Positions 8,283 to 17,252 of a DNA stretch of 25,070 bases are shown here, piece by piece. Positions within the stretch are counted from its first letter, which is position 1, and every line of letters starts with the position of its first letter. The DNA lies in IMG/VR virus record IMGVR_UViG_3300048562_000077, positions 1 to 25,070 of that record; one strand, given 5' to 3'. A program made the translations under genes and the position numbers. The notes below the pieces were generated by a model that saw only the letters and a list, made by a program, of their open reading frames with translations, had not been told where the DNA came from and did not search any database. The stretch is from a virus. Taxonomy: Duplodnaviria > Caudoviricetes.

Positions 8283-8295
8283 CCCGCTGTAAATA
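8283..8295 (+). promoter_or_regulatory. putative late promoter CCCG-CTG-TAAATA
   Basis: Begins 5 nt after the terminator U tract and is identical to 424-436. Confidence 0.7.
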
Positions 8296-8357
8296 AGAAC
8301 GCAGCAATATCGCTGTTAACCATTGAGGCCAACCGATAACAAGGTTGGAACCGCACA

Positions 8358-9035
8358 ATGTCCGAAGAGCTATCTGTTCACCGTAAAATGTACGACGAAG
8401 CCGCCAACATGGCCGCCAAGTCGCAAATCCTTGGCCTGCACCAGCTTGACGCCGATGGCGAAATCTTTCGCGATAGTCGTGGTCGCATCCTAGGCTCCCG
8501 CAGCGGCGATCTGCACTCAGACGCCATCCTTGTCGTGAAGTTCTCACGTCGTAAGGTCCTTCACAAGTTCAAGACCATCGAAGCCGGCAACCCAGTCCTT
8601 GTAGACGTGGAGTTCATCACCTATTTCGTTCCAGGCAAGGAACGAGAGCTGATCAACGACAGACCTGTCAACGACTACGACAAGTGGCGCTTCAAAAAGG
8701 AATATGAAGCCTTCTCGTCAGGCGGAGCGGGTGATGGCACTGCCATCTCGGCCCTTAGCCTGTCTCCAGGCGATATCTCGGCCCTCAACAACAACGGCAT
8801 CTACACAGTCGAGCAGCTTGCGACCATCTCTGATGATGTGTGCAAGGTCATCCCGAATGTGTCCGATCACCGCACCGCTGCTGAGCGTTATCTCAAGACG
8901 CAAGTCACCGCAAGTACGAAGGAACTTCAGGAACGCCTTGCTGCTCAGGGCGAGCAGATCGAGGAACTGAAGAAGATGTTGGCCGCTTCACTGCCAGACA
9001 AGAAGTCTGGCAAGAAGGCTGGCAGCGAAGAGTAA
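8358..9035 (+). CDS. hypothetical protein with HhH-like segment and C-terminal coiled coil
   Basis: LNNNGIYTVEQLA resembles the LxxxGIxTxEQLA helix-hairpin-helix pattern. Basic tail. Confidence 0.75.
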   Translation: MSEELSVHRKMYDEAANMAAKSQILGLHQLDADGEIFRDSRGRILGSRSGDLHSDAILVVKFSRRKVLHKFKTIEAGNPVLVDVEFITYFVPGKERELINDRPVNDYDKWRFKKEYEAFSSGGAGDGTAISALSLSPGDISALNNNGIYTVEQLATISDDVCKVIPNVSDHRTAAERYLKTQVTASTKELQERLAAQGEQIEELKKMLAASLPDKKSGKKAGSEE

Positions 9036-9048
9036 AGAGGCGGGTATG

Positions 9049-9086
9049 TAAATACCGGCAGTCCTTCATAACTGAGGCTGCCGGTA
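9049..9086 (+). promoter_or_regulatory. TAAATA motif overlapping an RBS-sequestering hairpin
   Basis: TAAATA at 9049-9054. TACCGGCAG (9053-9061) pairs with CTGCCGGTA (9078-9086), and CCT pairs with the AGG of SD GAGG (9074-9077). Confidence 0.7.
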
Positions 9087-9087
9087 A

Positions 9088-9792
9088 ATGAGCCGCAAGA
9101 CCGTACTCGAAATTTCGCGCGATGTCGCGCCGACCATCAACCTCTCGCAGCCGCAGAGCGTATTTGCCAACACGAACGGTTCTATCGTCAAGCTCCGTGA
9201 GCTGATGAAGCTCGCTTGTGTCGATCTACTCGCAGAGCATCCTTGGCAGTTTCTACAGAAAGAGACGACCCTCACCACGGTTGCCGATCAGGAGGCATAC
9301 GACCTCCCTGCCCTCTGCGATCACCTGACGGCCCTCTCCTTCTATGACTCCACACAGGGCAAGCGCCTCAGCGGCTCCCTGACCTCGACTCAGTGGCAGG
9401 CCGTTCAGACTGCGGTTGGCGGCAATTCTCCATACAAGAAGTTCCGCTTGTTCGACAACAAGCTGCACCTCTCCCCAACACCGAGCGACAGCTCTACAAC
9501 CATCAACTACGAGTACGTCACCAGCGCCTACGCAACGTCCTCAGGTGGTACGCCAAAGAGCGAGATTTCCGAAGACTCGGACATCGTCCTTTTCGACCAC
9601 ATCCTGGTCATCTATGCCACCAAGCTGAAGTGGGCAGAGGCACAGGGTAACGACACCACCGCCGCCCTCGCCGATTACCAGCGTGCCCTCGAACACGCCA
9701 AGAGCAAGGACGTTCCCGGCGATGTCATTCACATGGGTCGGAAGCCGTCTTCTGGCCTCATCTCGACCGCCAACATTCCTGACTGGGCGTAA
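9088..9792 (+). CDS. head-tail adaptor (P22 gp4/T7 gp11-like)
   Basis: 234 aa, with HPWQFL..TLTTVADQEAYDLP and LHLSPTP...INYEY segments typical of podoviral adaptors. Synteny before the nozzle. Confidence 0.75.
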   Translation: MSRKTVLEISRDVAPTINLSQPQSVFANTNGSIVKLRELMKLACVDLLAEHPWQFLQKETTLTTVADQEAYDLPALCDHLTALSFYDSTQGKRLSGSLTSTQWQAVQTAVGGNSPYKKFRLFDNKLHLSPTPSDSSTTINYEYVTSAYATSSGGTPKSEISEDSDIVLFDHILVIYATKLKWAEAQGNDTTAALADYQRALEHAKSKDVPGDVIHMGRKPSSGLISTANIPDWA

Positions 9793-9794
9793 GC

Positions 9795-11444
9795 GTGGCT
9801 AAGTTCACTAAGCGCCCCGTCCAACGCACGAACAGGATCGTTCCTGCCTCACCGCCGTACAAGGGCTTGAATGACATTCAGCCTGTTGCGGCGATGGACC
9901 CTGAGTACGCCATTGTCTTCGACAACTTCCTCGCCAAGACCATTGGGCCAACGACGCGCCTAGGCTCCCGTAAGCACTACTCCGGGTTTACCTCTGGCGT
10001 TAAGTCCTTCATCCGCTACAACGGAAAGGTGCCTGCCGACAGCAAGCTTTTCGCTGTTGACGGTGCTGACCTTTACGACATCACTGCGAATGGCGCGGTT
10101 GGCGATGACGCCCCTCTGGTGACCGGCCTCTCTACATCAAACGTTTGGTGGCAGTTCACACAGCAGACCCACACAACGGCGACCCACAACTACCTCATTG
10201 CGGTGAACGGCGCAAACCTGCCGATCCTCTACAACGGTACGTGGTCAACGGCATCGCAGACCGGCTCCCCGTCTGCTGCTGGTGAGTTCAGCAACGTGGA
10301 CAACAACGGCAACTCGGTAGACATCTCAAGGTTCAAGGACGTATCACTCCACCAACAGCGCCTGTGGTTTGTCAGCACAAACAGCACCATCGGGTACTAC
10401 AACGACATCGCGCAAGTCGGCGGCGATCTGTTCGCCTTCGACTTTGGCCCATTCTTTCCACGCGGCGGCAACCTTCACAAGATCGCCACTTGGACCCTTG
10501 ACGCTGGCGGTGACAGCGGTGTCCAGGCAATCCTCATTGCCATCTCGTCTAACGGCGACGTTGTCGTGTTCGACGGCAACAACCCCGCTGATGCGGCCTC
10601 GTGGCAGTACAGAGGGTCCTACCAACTAGGCGCTCCAGTGGGTCAGCGCTGCACTGAGCCATTTCAGGGTGAACTGCTCTACCTCTCGGTAGAGGGTCTC
10701 TTCCCGCTTTCCAAGTACCTACGCTCTGCCGGCACGGACCCGACTCAGGCGCTGACGTACAACATTTCCAACGCCATTTCCTCCCTCGTCAACACGTACA
10801 CCAACCTAGACGGGTTTGAGGTCAAGTCCTTCGCTCCGCAAAGCGCACTGGTGCTGAACATCCCCCAGCCAGACAGCAAGCTGAACCTTCAGTACGTCAT
10901 GAACACCCTCACGGGCGGCTGGGGTCGCTTCACGGGCTGGGCCGCTCACGCCTTCATCGAGTTCGAGGGTCAGTTCTACTACGGTACAAACAACGACGTA
11001 TTCATCGCGTTCTCAGGCTTCACTGACAACGCCGACGCAGACGGAACCAATGGAACTGCCGTTGTTGGGCGTGGCCTTCAGGCGTTCACAACGCTCCCAC
11101 AGGCTGACCTCGACAGCATCATCAAGTCGGTCAATGGCATCAAGCCATACATCACGTCCTCCAACCCAACGATTTCCCTGTCCGTTGGCATCAACGTCGA
11201 TTTCGACACGAGCCTTGGCTCAGTGGCTGGCGTCACCCTGCCTACTACGTCTGTCGCACTTTGGGACAGCGCCGTTTGGGACAGCGCCGTTTGGTTCGGC
11301 GGCTCGACCACCTTCAACTCGTGGTTCGTTCCGCTCAGCAACCCTGGCAACAACGTCGCCGTTGCGCTCGTCATCTCTGGCAACTCACAGATTACGTGGT
11401 CAAAGACTGACTGGCGTCTCGTGGGCGGATTCGAGAACGGATGA
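9795..11444 (+). CDS. tail nozzle / DNA stabilisation protein (P22 gp10/T7 gp12-like)
   Basis: 549 aa beta-propeller-like sequence (HQQRLWFV, ELLYLSVEGLFPLS) with a C-terminal WDxxxWDxxxW motif. GTG start. Confidence 0.8.
   Translation: MAKFTKRPVQRTNRIVPASPPYKGLNDIQPVAAMDPEYAIVFDNFLAKTIGPTTRLGSRKHYSGFTSGVKSFIRYNGKVPADSKLFAVDGADLYDITANGAVGDDAPLVTGLSTSNVWWQFTQQTHTTATHNYLIAVNGANLPILYNGTWSTASQTGSPSAAGEFSNVDNNGNSVDISRFKDVSLHQQRLWFVSTNSTIGYYNDIAQVGGDLFAFDFGPFFPRGGNLHKIATWTLDAGGDSGVQAILIAISSNGDVVVFDGNNPADAASWQYRGSYQLGAPVGQRCTEPFQGELLYLSVEGLFPLSKYLRSAGTDPTQALTYNISNAISSLVNTYTNLDGFEVKSFAPQSALVLNIPQPDSKLNLQYVMNTLTGGWGRFTGWAAHAFIEFEGQFYYGTNNDVFIAFSGFTDNADADGTNGTAVVGRGLQAFTTLPQADLDSIIKSVNGIKPYITSSNPTISLSVGINVDFDTSLGSVAGVTLPTTSVALWDSAVWDSAVWFGGSTTFNSWFVPLSNPGNNVAVALVISGNSQITWSKTDWRLVGGFENG
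11260..11294 (+). repeat. perfect 15-bp tandem repeat TTTGGGACAGCGCCG x2.3 (WDSAV)
   Basis: Copies at 11260-11274 and 11275-11289, partial at 11290-11294. Confidence 0.9.
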
Positions 11445-11974
11445 GGTACATCGGTGGGACCACAGACAAGAACCGCGCCTTCCTTTGGAAGTGGATGGCT
11501 GATAGGTGGCCTGACGCTGACCGACAAGATATGCCTGCCGACTTTCGCGGCCTGTACTACGCCGACGACACCGCACTTATCGCTGTTGTCGGTCTTCTCG
11601 ATTGGACTCACTCGACCGCTTCAATCCACATCTCTAGCGATGACACTGCTAGGTGGATGACCAGAAGCTTTCTACACGAGATCCACAACTACATTTTCAA
11701 GACTTGTGGACTCACTCGAATCCACACCGTCGCTCTCGACGACAACCCGGCAGTTGCCAAGGTTCTCGAAGGCATCGGCTACACCCGCGAGTGTGTGCTG
11801 AAGCACTACAACGGCAAGCACAAGCATGCCGCCCTCTACGCAATGACGTTTGAGGACTGGGCGGTAAGCAAATGGAACAAGACGAGGGCTGATTTCACAG
11901 CCCCGAATGTAAATACCGGGCAACAAGACCCGAAGGACGAACTAAATGGGCAAGAAGGCACCAGCCGCACCTGA
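11441..11974 (+). CDS. GNAT-family (RimJ/RimL-like) acetyltransferase
   Basis: YIFKTCGLTRIHTVALDDNPAVAKVLEGIGYTRECVLK fits the RimJ/RimL motif B. ATGA-coupled to the nozzle, in a position where podoviruses commonly carry a GNAT-like gene. Confidence 0.85.
   Translation: MRYIGGTTDKNRAFLWKWMADRWPDADRQDMPADFRGLYYADDTALIAVVGLLDWTHSTASIHISSDDTARWMTRSFLHEIHNYIFKTCGLTRIHTVALDDNPAVAKVLEGIGYTRECVLKHYNGKHKHAALYAMTFEDWAVSKWNKTRADFTAPNVNTGQQDPKDELNGQEGTSRT
11902..11915 (+). promoter_or_regulatory. putative late promoter CCCG-AATG-TAAATA for ejection proteins
   Basis: 30 nt upstream of ATG 11946, inside the unstructured 3' tail of the GNAT gene. Confidence 0.6.
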
Positions 11975-13337
11975 TTACACAAGCGCAGCCGAAGCGACAG
12001 CGCAGACAAATCAATGGGCCACACAGTATCAGACAAGCGCCAACCGCCCGGATATGGTCACGCCGTGGGGTACATCCACATGGGACGAGCAGAAGAGCTT
12101 CGATCAGGGCTCCTATGACAAGGCAATGGCGGACTGGAACTCGAAGGACGCCAAGTGGCGCTCTAAGAACCAGGCGCTCATGCCTTCGCAGAACGATTTC
12201 TACACGTCTGACTGGACCAACAACGTAACGCTGACGCCTGAACAGCAGGCTTCTCTGGATGCGCAGCAGCACGTTCAGATGAACCAGTCGCAGCTTGCTG
12301 ACCAAATGCAGGGTCAGGTAGCGGACACCATGTCGAAGGGTCTCGATTCCCCTGAACTTACTGACTACGTCGGAAACGGTCCTCAGCTCAACACCAACTT
12401 TGGTGGGTTTCAGTCAGGCGCTCCGGCCGTCAAAACCGATTACGCCAACTTCTCGAACCCGAATACTGACTTCGAGCGCCTTTCTGGCTTCACTGGCAAT
12501 GGCGTTGGTGCTGTCAACACGACCGCACCTCAGCTCACGTCTGGGCAGGACGCTACAAAGGCCGCTTACGACGCGAACACTGCGCTGCTCAAGCCGCAGA
12601 TGGAGCAGGACACAAAGCGTCTTGACGAAAAGCTACGTCTTCAGGGCCTGACTCCAGGTACCGAAGCCTACAACAACGCGATGCAGAACCTGACTAAGTC
12701 TCAGGGCGCGCAGCTGAACCAGCTTGCCAACCAGTCAGTGCTGACGGGTAACGAGGTTGCAAACCGCAACTTCAGCTCTGAGCTTGCTGGCGCACAGTTT
12801 GGCAACTCAGCGCAAGACCAGCAGTTCGCACAGGAACTCAACAAGTACGGGACCACCCAAGACGCCGTGAAGGGCAACAACGAGTTTTCTCAGCAGGACT
12901 GGACAAACATGCTCGCCGCCTACATGGCTGATCAAGGCGCACAGGACAAGAGCAACACTGCTCAGGCGCAGGCGTATGGGCAGGATCTTGGCGAGTACCA
13001 GACGGACCAGGAAGCACAGCAGAACTCCAACGCTGCTGCTCAGCAGGACTTCCTCAACAACCTTCAGCGCTACTCCACCGTCGACGCTGCCGCATACCAG
13101 AAGTACTACGCACCTTTGAACGCCCTGTCTGCCGTCATGAACGGTCAGCAGGTGCAGATGCCGTCGTTCAATGGCGCACCAAACTCCACAGCTGGCAACG
13201 GTGGTGGCACCGACTACCTCGGCGCGTACACCGCTCTTGGTCAGTACAACAGCGCAGCTGCTGCCGCCAAGAACTCCGCTATCGGCGGAATCTTCGGTGG
13301 TCTCACCAACATGGGCGCTGCCTACCTAGGCAAGTAA
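11946..13337 (+). CDS. putative DNA ejection/pilot protein
   Basis: MGKKAPAAPDY start, Gln/Asn/Ala-rich helical body, C-terminal glycine-zipper-like IGGIFGGLTNMGAAYLG. Synteny after the GNAT. Confidence 0.7.
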   Translation: MGKKAPAAPDYTSAAEATAQTNQWATQYQTSANRPDMVTPWGTSTWDEQKSFDQGSYDKAMADWNSKDAKWRSKNQALMPSQNDFYTSDWTNNVTLTPEQQASLDAQQHVQMNQSQLADQMQGQVADTMSKGLDSPELTDYVGNGPQLNTNFGGFQSGAPAVKTDYANFSNPNTDFERLSGFTGNGVGAVNTTAPQLTSGQDATKAAYDANTALLKPQMEQDTKRLDEKLRLQGLTPGTEAYNNAMQNLTKSQGAQLNQLANQSVLTGNEVANRNFSSELAGAQFGNSAQDQQFAQELNKYGTTQDAVKGNNEFSQQDWTNMLAAYMADQGAQDKSNTAQAQAYGQDLGEYQTDQEAQQNSNAAAQQDFLNNLQRYSTVDAAAYQKYYAPLNALSAVMNGQQVQMPSFNGAPNSTAGNGGGTDYLGAYTALGQYNSAAAAAKNSAIGGIFGGLTNMGAAYLGK

Positions 13338-13346
13338 GGACATCAC

Positions 13347-14519
13347 ATGGATAACGGAATGTTCGACAACCCATTCAACTACTCACTTGAGGACAACACC
13401 CTCAAGCGCCGTCAGCAGATTCGCGACCTCCTGCGCCAGCAGGCGTCGGGACCTGGACAGGCGCAGTTCGTACAGAACGGTGTTGGTACCTTCTACGCTG
13501 GTGGCAACTCCATCGGTGAGAACCTCGCAAAGCTCGGCTCTCAGCTCATCCTTAACCACAAGGATAAGAAGGGCGAGCAACAGCGCACTGACCTTGACAA
13601 CCGTGAGTCTCAGCGCCGCGCCGCTGCTCTCGACATTCTTCAGGGAACTACAGCGAAGCGCTTGGCGGCAGAGGATGCTGCACGCGCCGCGGAACAGCAG
13701 GCTGCGATTGACGCTGGCGAGACCAATGAGCTTCCAGAAGTCGTTGTACGTCCAAAGGGACCATCAAAGGAACAGGCGCTTGCTGTGCTCCGTCAGGGTA
13801 ACGCTGCATCACAGGGCTATGCCAGTGACTACGAAGACAAGAAGGGACTGTTCGCACCACCTGCTCCACCGCCAATCGAGTTCCACGACGGCTACCTCAT
13901 CAACACTTCAACCGGCGAAAGCAAGCGCGTCACCCCAGAGAAGGTCGAGACCTACGAAGACGTTAATGGCGATCTGCGCAACAAGCAGACGGGCGAACTG
14001 GTTAAGAAGGTTGGGAAGGCCGCCGATCCTAAGGCAATCGCCAAGGAGAACGCTGCTGCCATTGAAGAGAAGTCCAGCTTTGAGTCCGCTGATGCTGACC
14101 TTCAGGGCACCATTAACGAGATGCGCCTCATCCTTGAGAACAAGGGCAACGGCTCTGTCGAGGATACCGCTGGCGCATTCAACATGGTCAGTCGCAACAA
14201 TCCGTTCACGAAGGACTACGACACCAAGTTCAACATCGAGCGCGCCATGGCGCAGAAGATCATTGGCAGCCTGAAGCAGATGAAGGCCGCTGGCGTTGGT
14301 ACGTCAGCCTTCAACTCCGACAAGGAAGCCGAGCGCATGGAAAAGGCGTTCGGCGCCATCAACTGGAACAGCAAAGAAGAAGCCCGTCGCCAGCTCAACA
14401 ACATTTACTCCGACCTTCTCGACACACAGAAGCGCGGTCGTGAGGCCTATGCGGCGAGCAAGAAGGCTCACGGCGGTGGCATAGCGCCATCTGGTGGCAT
14501 CAGCCTTGGAGACTTCTAA
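13347..14519 (+). CDS. putative internal virion/ejection protein
   Basis: 390 aa, largely helical. SD AAGGA; synteny. Confidence 0.6.
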   Translation: MDNGMFDNPFNYSLEDNTLKRRQQIRDLLRQQASGPGQAQFVQNGVGTFYAGGNSIGENLAKLGSQLILNHKDKKGEQQRTDLDNRESQRRAAALDILQGTTAKRLAAEDAARAAEQQAAIDAGETNELPEVVVRPKGPSKEQALAVLRQGNAASQGYASDYEDKKGLFAPPAPPPIEFHDGYLINTSTGESKRVTPEKVETYEDVNGDLRNKQTGELVKKVGKAADPKAIAKENAAAIEEKSSFESADADLQGTINEMRLILENKGNGSVEDTAGAFNMVSRNNPFTKDYDTKFNIERAMAQKIIGSLKQMKAAGVGTSAFNSDKEAERMEKAFGAINWNSKEEARRQLNNIYSDLLDTQKRGREAYAASKKAHGGGIAPSGGISLGDF

Positions 14520-16069
14520 TGGCTGAAGACAACAAGAAGCAGTTCGTCGCTGCCGTTAACAACCATGTTGCCGAGCTTGCAAAGAACAACACCTCACCAA
14601 GCCAAATCGTAAGCAGTCTCCTTGTCATTGACAGCGTTCGCCCTCTCATTGAGGAAGGTCGCGCCGCTGGCATGTCTGAAGAACAGATTGTCGAGAAGCT
14701 CGGTGGCAAGCCATACCAGCCATATGCCGCCGCCAATCGAAAGATCGAGGAACAGGGCGGCATTGGCAACTTCGTTCGTGGCATGGGTGATGTTGGCGGT
14801 GACGTTATGCGCACCGTCGGTAAGGCCGGCGACTGGGCAATGGGTAACGATGCCGGGGTTGAGTACGGTCGCCGCCTCCAGGCGGAAGCCGAAGCCAACC
14901 CAATGCGCATGGCCCGTGAGCGCACGGCCTCCGGTGAGGCTGGTCAGTTCGCTGCCAAGGTAGCGCCAAACGTCGTAGCAGCCGCCCTCACGGGTGGTGC
15001 CAGCCTTCCAGCTCAAGCCGCCATCCAAGGTGGTGTGTCAGCTGCCTCTACTGCCCTTTCAGACCCACATGCCACTGCCGGTGATATCGCCCTCAGCGGC
15101 GGTCTAGGAGCGCTCGCCGTTCCAGCCTCTGTGGTCGGTAAAGGCGTTACAGCAGCCCTCGGTAAGGCTGGTGAGAAGGCTGCCGCTCGTGCCGCCTCCA
15201 TCGAGAGCAAGGCACTCAACGTATCTGAAGACGGTATCGACCGCTCCACCTTCAACAGGGGTGTTGCTGAGCGTCTCGGTCTCAAGGACTACCAAGGCCC
15301 AGTAGACCAGACGATGGTCAAGACCGCCGATCAGAACGCAAAGGCAATGTTCGAGGCGGCCAGCAAGGGTCGCGCTGTACAGCCAACAAAACAGTTTCGT
15401 GACTTCGTTGCCAAGACGGCTGACGAGGACCTTGAGGAAGGTGGCAAGGCTATTCGTCGCCTCGTTGGCGATGACCAGTTTGCCCCTGGCACGTTCGTCT
15501 CTCCAAAGAAGTGGATTGAGATGCGCAGCAAGGTGGCTCAGCTCGCTCGTGACGCTAAGGGACAGGACGCCCATTACATCGGAAACATCGTCGAGAAGAT
15601 GGACGACATTATGGCCGCTGGTCGCGCACCTGAGCAGGTGCAGATGCTTCAGCAGGCTCGGCAGGTGTGGCGCAACTTGCAGCCTGTCGAGGACATGGTC
15701 AAGAAGTCCGGCGACAGCGGCAACATCACTTGGAACCACTTCAAGTCGTCCATCAGCAAGGACGTAGACAAATACTCTCGTGGTCAGGCACCGCTTCAGG
15801 ACCTGTCGGAGGTTGCAAAGCAGCTTCAGCCGCAAGGCAAGCTCATTGACGCCATCAAGGGCAGTGGCACCAACAACGCACTAAACGTCGCCGCCATTGC
15901 AATGCCAAAGGTTGGTGTTCCAGTGAAGGCCGCTCAACTTCTCGCTAACAACCCTACTGCCCTTCGCGGCACCGCTAGCCTGCTCAAGAGTGCCTCAAAG
16001 GGTACCGGCAACAAGCTCGCCCAGCAGCTTCTCGGACAGCTCGCCTCTCGTGGCACTGGGAGCCGGTAA
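14519..16069 (+). CDS. putative internal virion/ejection protein
   Basis: 516 aa with Ala/Gly-rich hydrophobic helices (AAALTGGASLPA, IALSGGLGALAV). TAATG coupling. Confidence 0.65.
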   Translation: MAEDNKKQFVAAVNNHVAELAKNNTSPSQIVSSLLVIDSVRPLIEEGRAAGMSEEQIVEKLGGKPYQPYAAANRKIEEQGGIGNFVRGMGDVGGDVMRTVGKAGDWAMGNDAGVEYGRRLQAEAEANPMRMARERTASGEAGQFAAKVAPNVVAAALTGGASLPAQAAIQGGVSAASTALSDPHATAGDIALSGGLGALAVPASVVGKGVTAALGKAGEKAAARAASIESKALNVSEDGIDRSTFNRGVAERLGLKDYQGPVDQTMVKTADQNAKAMFEAASKGRAVQPTKQFRDFVAKTADEDLEEGGKAIRRLVGDDQFAPGTFVSPKKWIEMRSKVAQLARDAKGQDAHYIGNIVEKMDDIMAAGRAPEQVQMLQQARQVWRNLQPVEDMVKKSGDSGNITWNHFKSSISKDVDKYSRGQAPLQDLSEVAKQLQPQGKLIDAIKGSGTNNALNVAAIAMPKVGVPVKAAQLLANNPTALRGTASLLKSASKGTGNKLAQQLLGQLASRGTGSR

Positions 16070-16632
16070 TGGGCTGGGCTGGTGATCTTCTCAACAAGGT
16101 GAAGAAGCTCGATGACCACGACAGCATCGTGGCACGTATCGGTAAGGTCGGTCAGAAGTACACCGACCCGCTTGCTTGGATTCCAGGCGGCATTGGTGAG
16201 GCATATCAGAACGGCCTCGTGAAGATCGCTGACGGCAGCAACGCCGCATTCAGCAAGATCGGCACGTCAGTAGACAAGTACGCATCGAAGCTCGACCCGA
16301 TGCGCCAAATCCCAATCGTCGATAAGGCCGCGGATGAGATCAACAAGCGTCCTGTAGATGCCGCTGCCATTGCAGCAGGCGCCTACTTCGGCGGTTCCGC
16401 CCTCGGTGGAATGATGGGTGGTGACGGCTCAGGTGCTGGTTCCGGTGGAGCCTCTGACTGGCAGCAGTGGGCACGTATGGCTGGCAATAGTCGTCAAGGC
16501 GGCCAGCAGAACAATCAGGGTCAGGACCTTCAGGCTGAACTGCTCCGTCAGCAACAAGAAACAGAACGACTACGCCAAGAAAGGGAGCGCCGCACACAGC
16601 TGGCGCGTCAGCTCTTGGCTCCTAAGAACTAA
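16069..16632 (+). CDS. hypothetical protein, possible ejection protein
   Basis: 187 aa with a hydrophobic AAAIAAGAYFGGSALGG segment and Gln/Arg C-terminal helix. TAATG coupling. Confidence 0.7.
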   Translation: MGWAGDLLNKVKKLDDHDSIVARIGKVGQKYTDPLAWIPGGIGEAYQNGLVKIADGSNAAFSKIGTSVDKYASKLDPMRQIPIVDKAADEINKRPVDAAAIAAGAYFGGSALGGMMGGDGSGAGSGGASDWQQWARMAGNSRQGGQQNNQGQDLQAELLRQQQETERLRQERERRTQLARQLLAPKN

Positions 16633-16666
16633 ATAGACGTACAGCGCAATAGCACCTGTACAGGAG
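16630..16666 (+). promoter_or_regulatory. TAAATA motif with hairpin abutting SD
   Basis: TAAATA at 16630-16635 overlaps the stop codon. GTACAG (16639-16644) pairs with CTGTAC (16656-16661), next to AGGAG (16662-16666). Confidence 0.45.
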
Positions 16667-16673
16667 CACGGTA

Positions 16674-17240
16674 ATGGGTTGGGCACAAGAACTAATGAGC
16701 AAGGCAGGACAGAAGACTGGCAACACACCTGCTACGCCAGACGCGAAGCCGTCCGGTCTGCAACAGATGATGGCGCGTGGCGACACTCGGTTCTCAAACG
16801 CGATGAGCAAGATTGGCGACAGATGGGGCTTTGCGCAGAACCCAGCGTTTCAAAGCGCAATGGCGAAGATGGGAAACAGCCCGTTCTCTGCAATGCTTCC
16901 AAAACAGAACGGCGCACCGACAACCACTGCACCACAGGCTCCACCTTCTGCGCCGCAGAGCGGCATGAGCAGCCCGAAGATGCCGCCCATCGCATACGGA
17001 GACGTAAGCGGTCCAAAGATGCCGCCGATGGCAATGGGCAACGGTGGCTTCATTCCAGCTCCAAGCGGTTCCTTCAGCAGTGCCACGCCGATGCCTACGT
17101 TTGACTCCCAACAGGGGTGGCAGCAGGCGATGGGCAGCAATCCACAAGCCCTCATGAAGAAGCCACAGCCGGTTCCGCCAGCAGGTGCACAGGCGCCGTA
17201 CACGGCCTTTGGACGCCCAAGCGCGCCACCACTGAAGTAA
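16674..17240 (+). CDS. Pro/Met/Gln-rich low-complexity protein
   Basis: Good SD AGGAG. The N-terminus MGWAQELMSK resembles that of the upstream gene. Internal PKMPP duplication. Confidence 0.7.
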   Translation: MGWAQELMSKAGQKTGNTPATPDAKPSGLQQMMARGDTRFSNAMSKIGDRWGFAQNPAFQSAMAKMGNSPFSAMLPKQNGAPTTTAPQAPPSAPQSGMSSPKMPPIAYGDVSGPKMPPMAMGNGGFIPAPSGSFSSATPMPTFDSQQGWQQAMGSNPQALMKKPQPVPPAGAQAPYTAFGRPSAPPLK

Positions 17241-17252
17241 GGACACGACCTA

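Noticed and set aside
13347-16069. Virion-associated lysozyme or transglycosylase domain in the ejection proteins
   Set aside because: No recognisable catalytic motif by eye; a profile search would be needed to exclude one.
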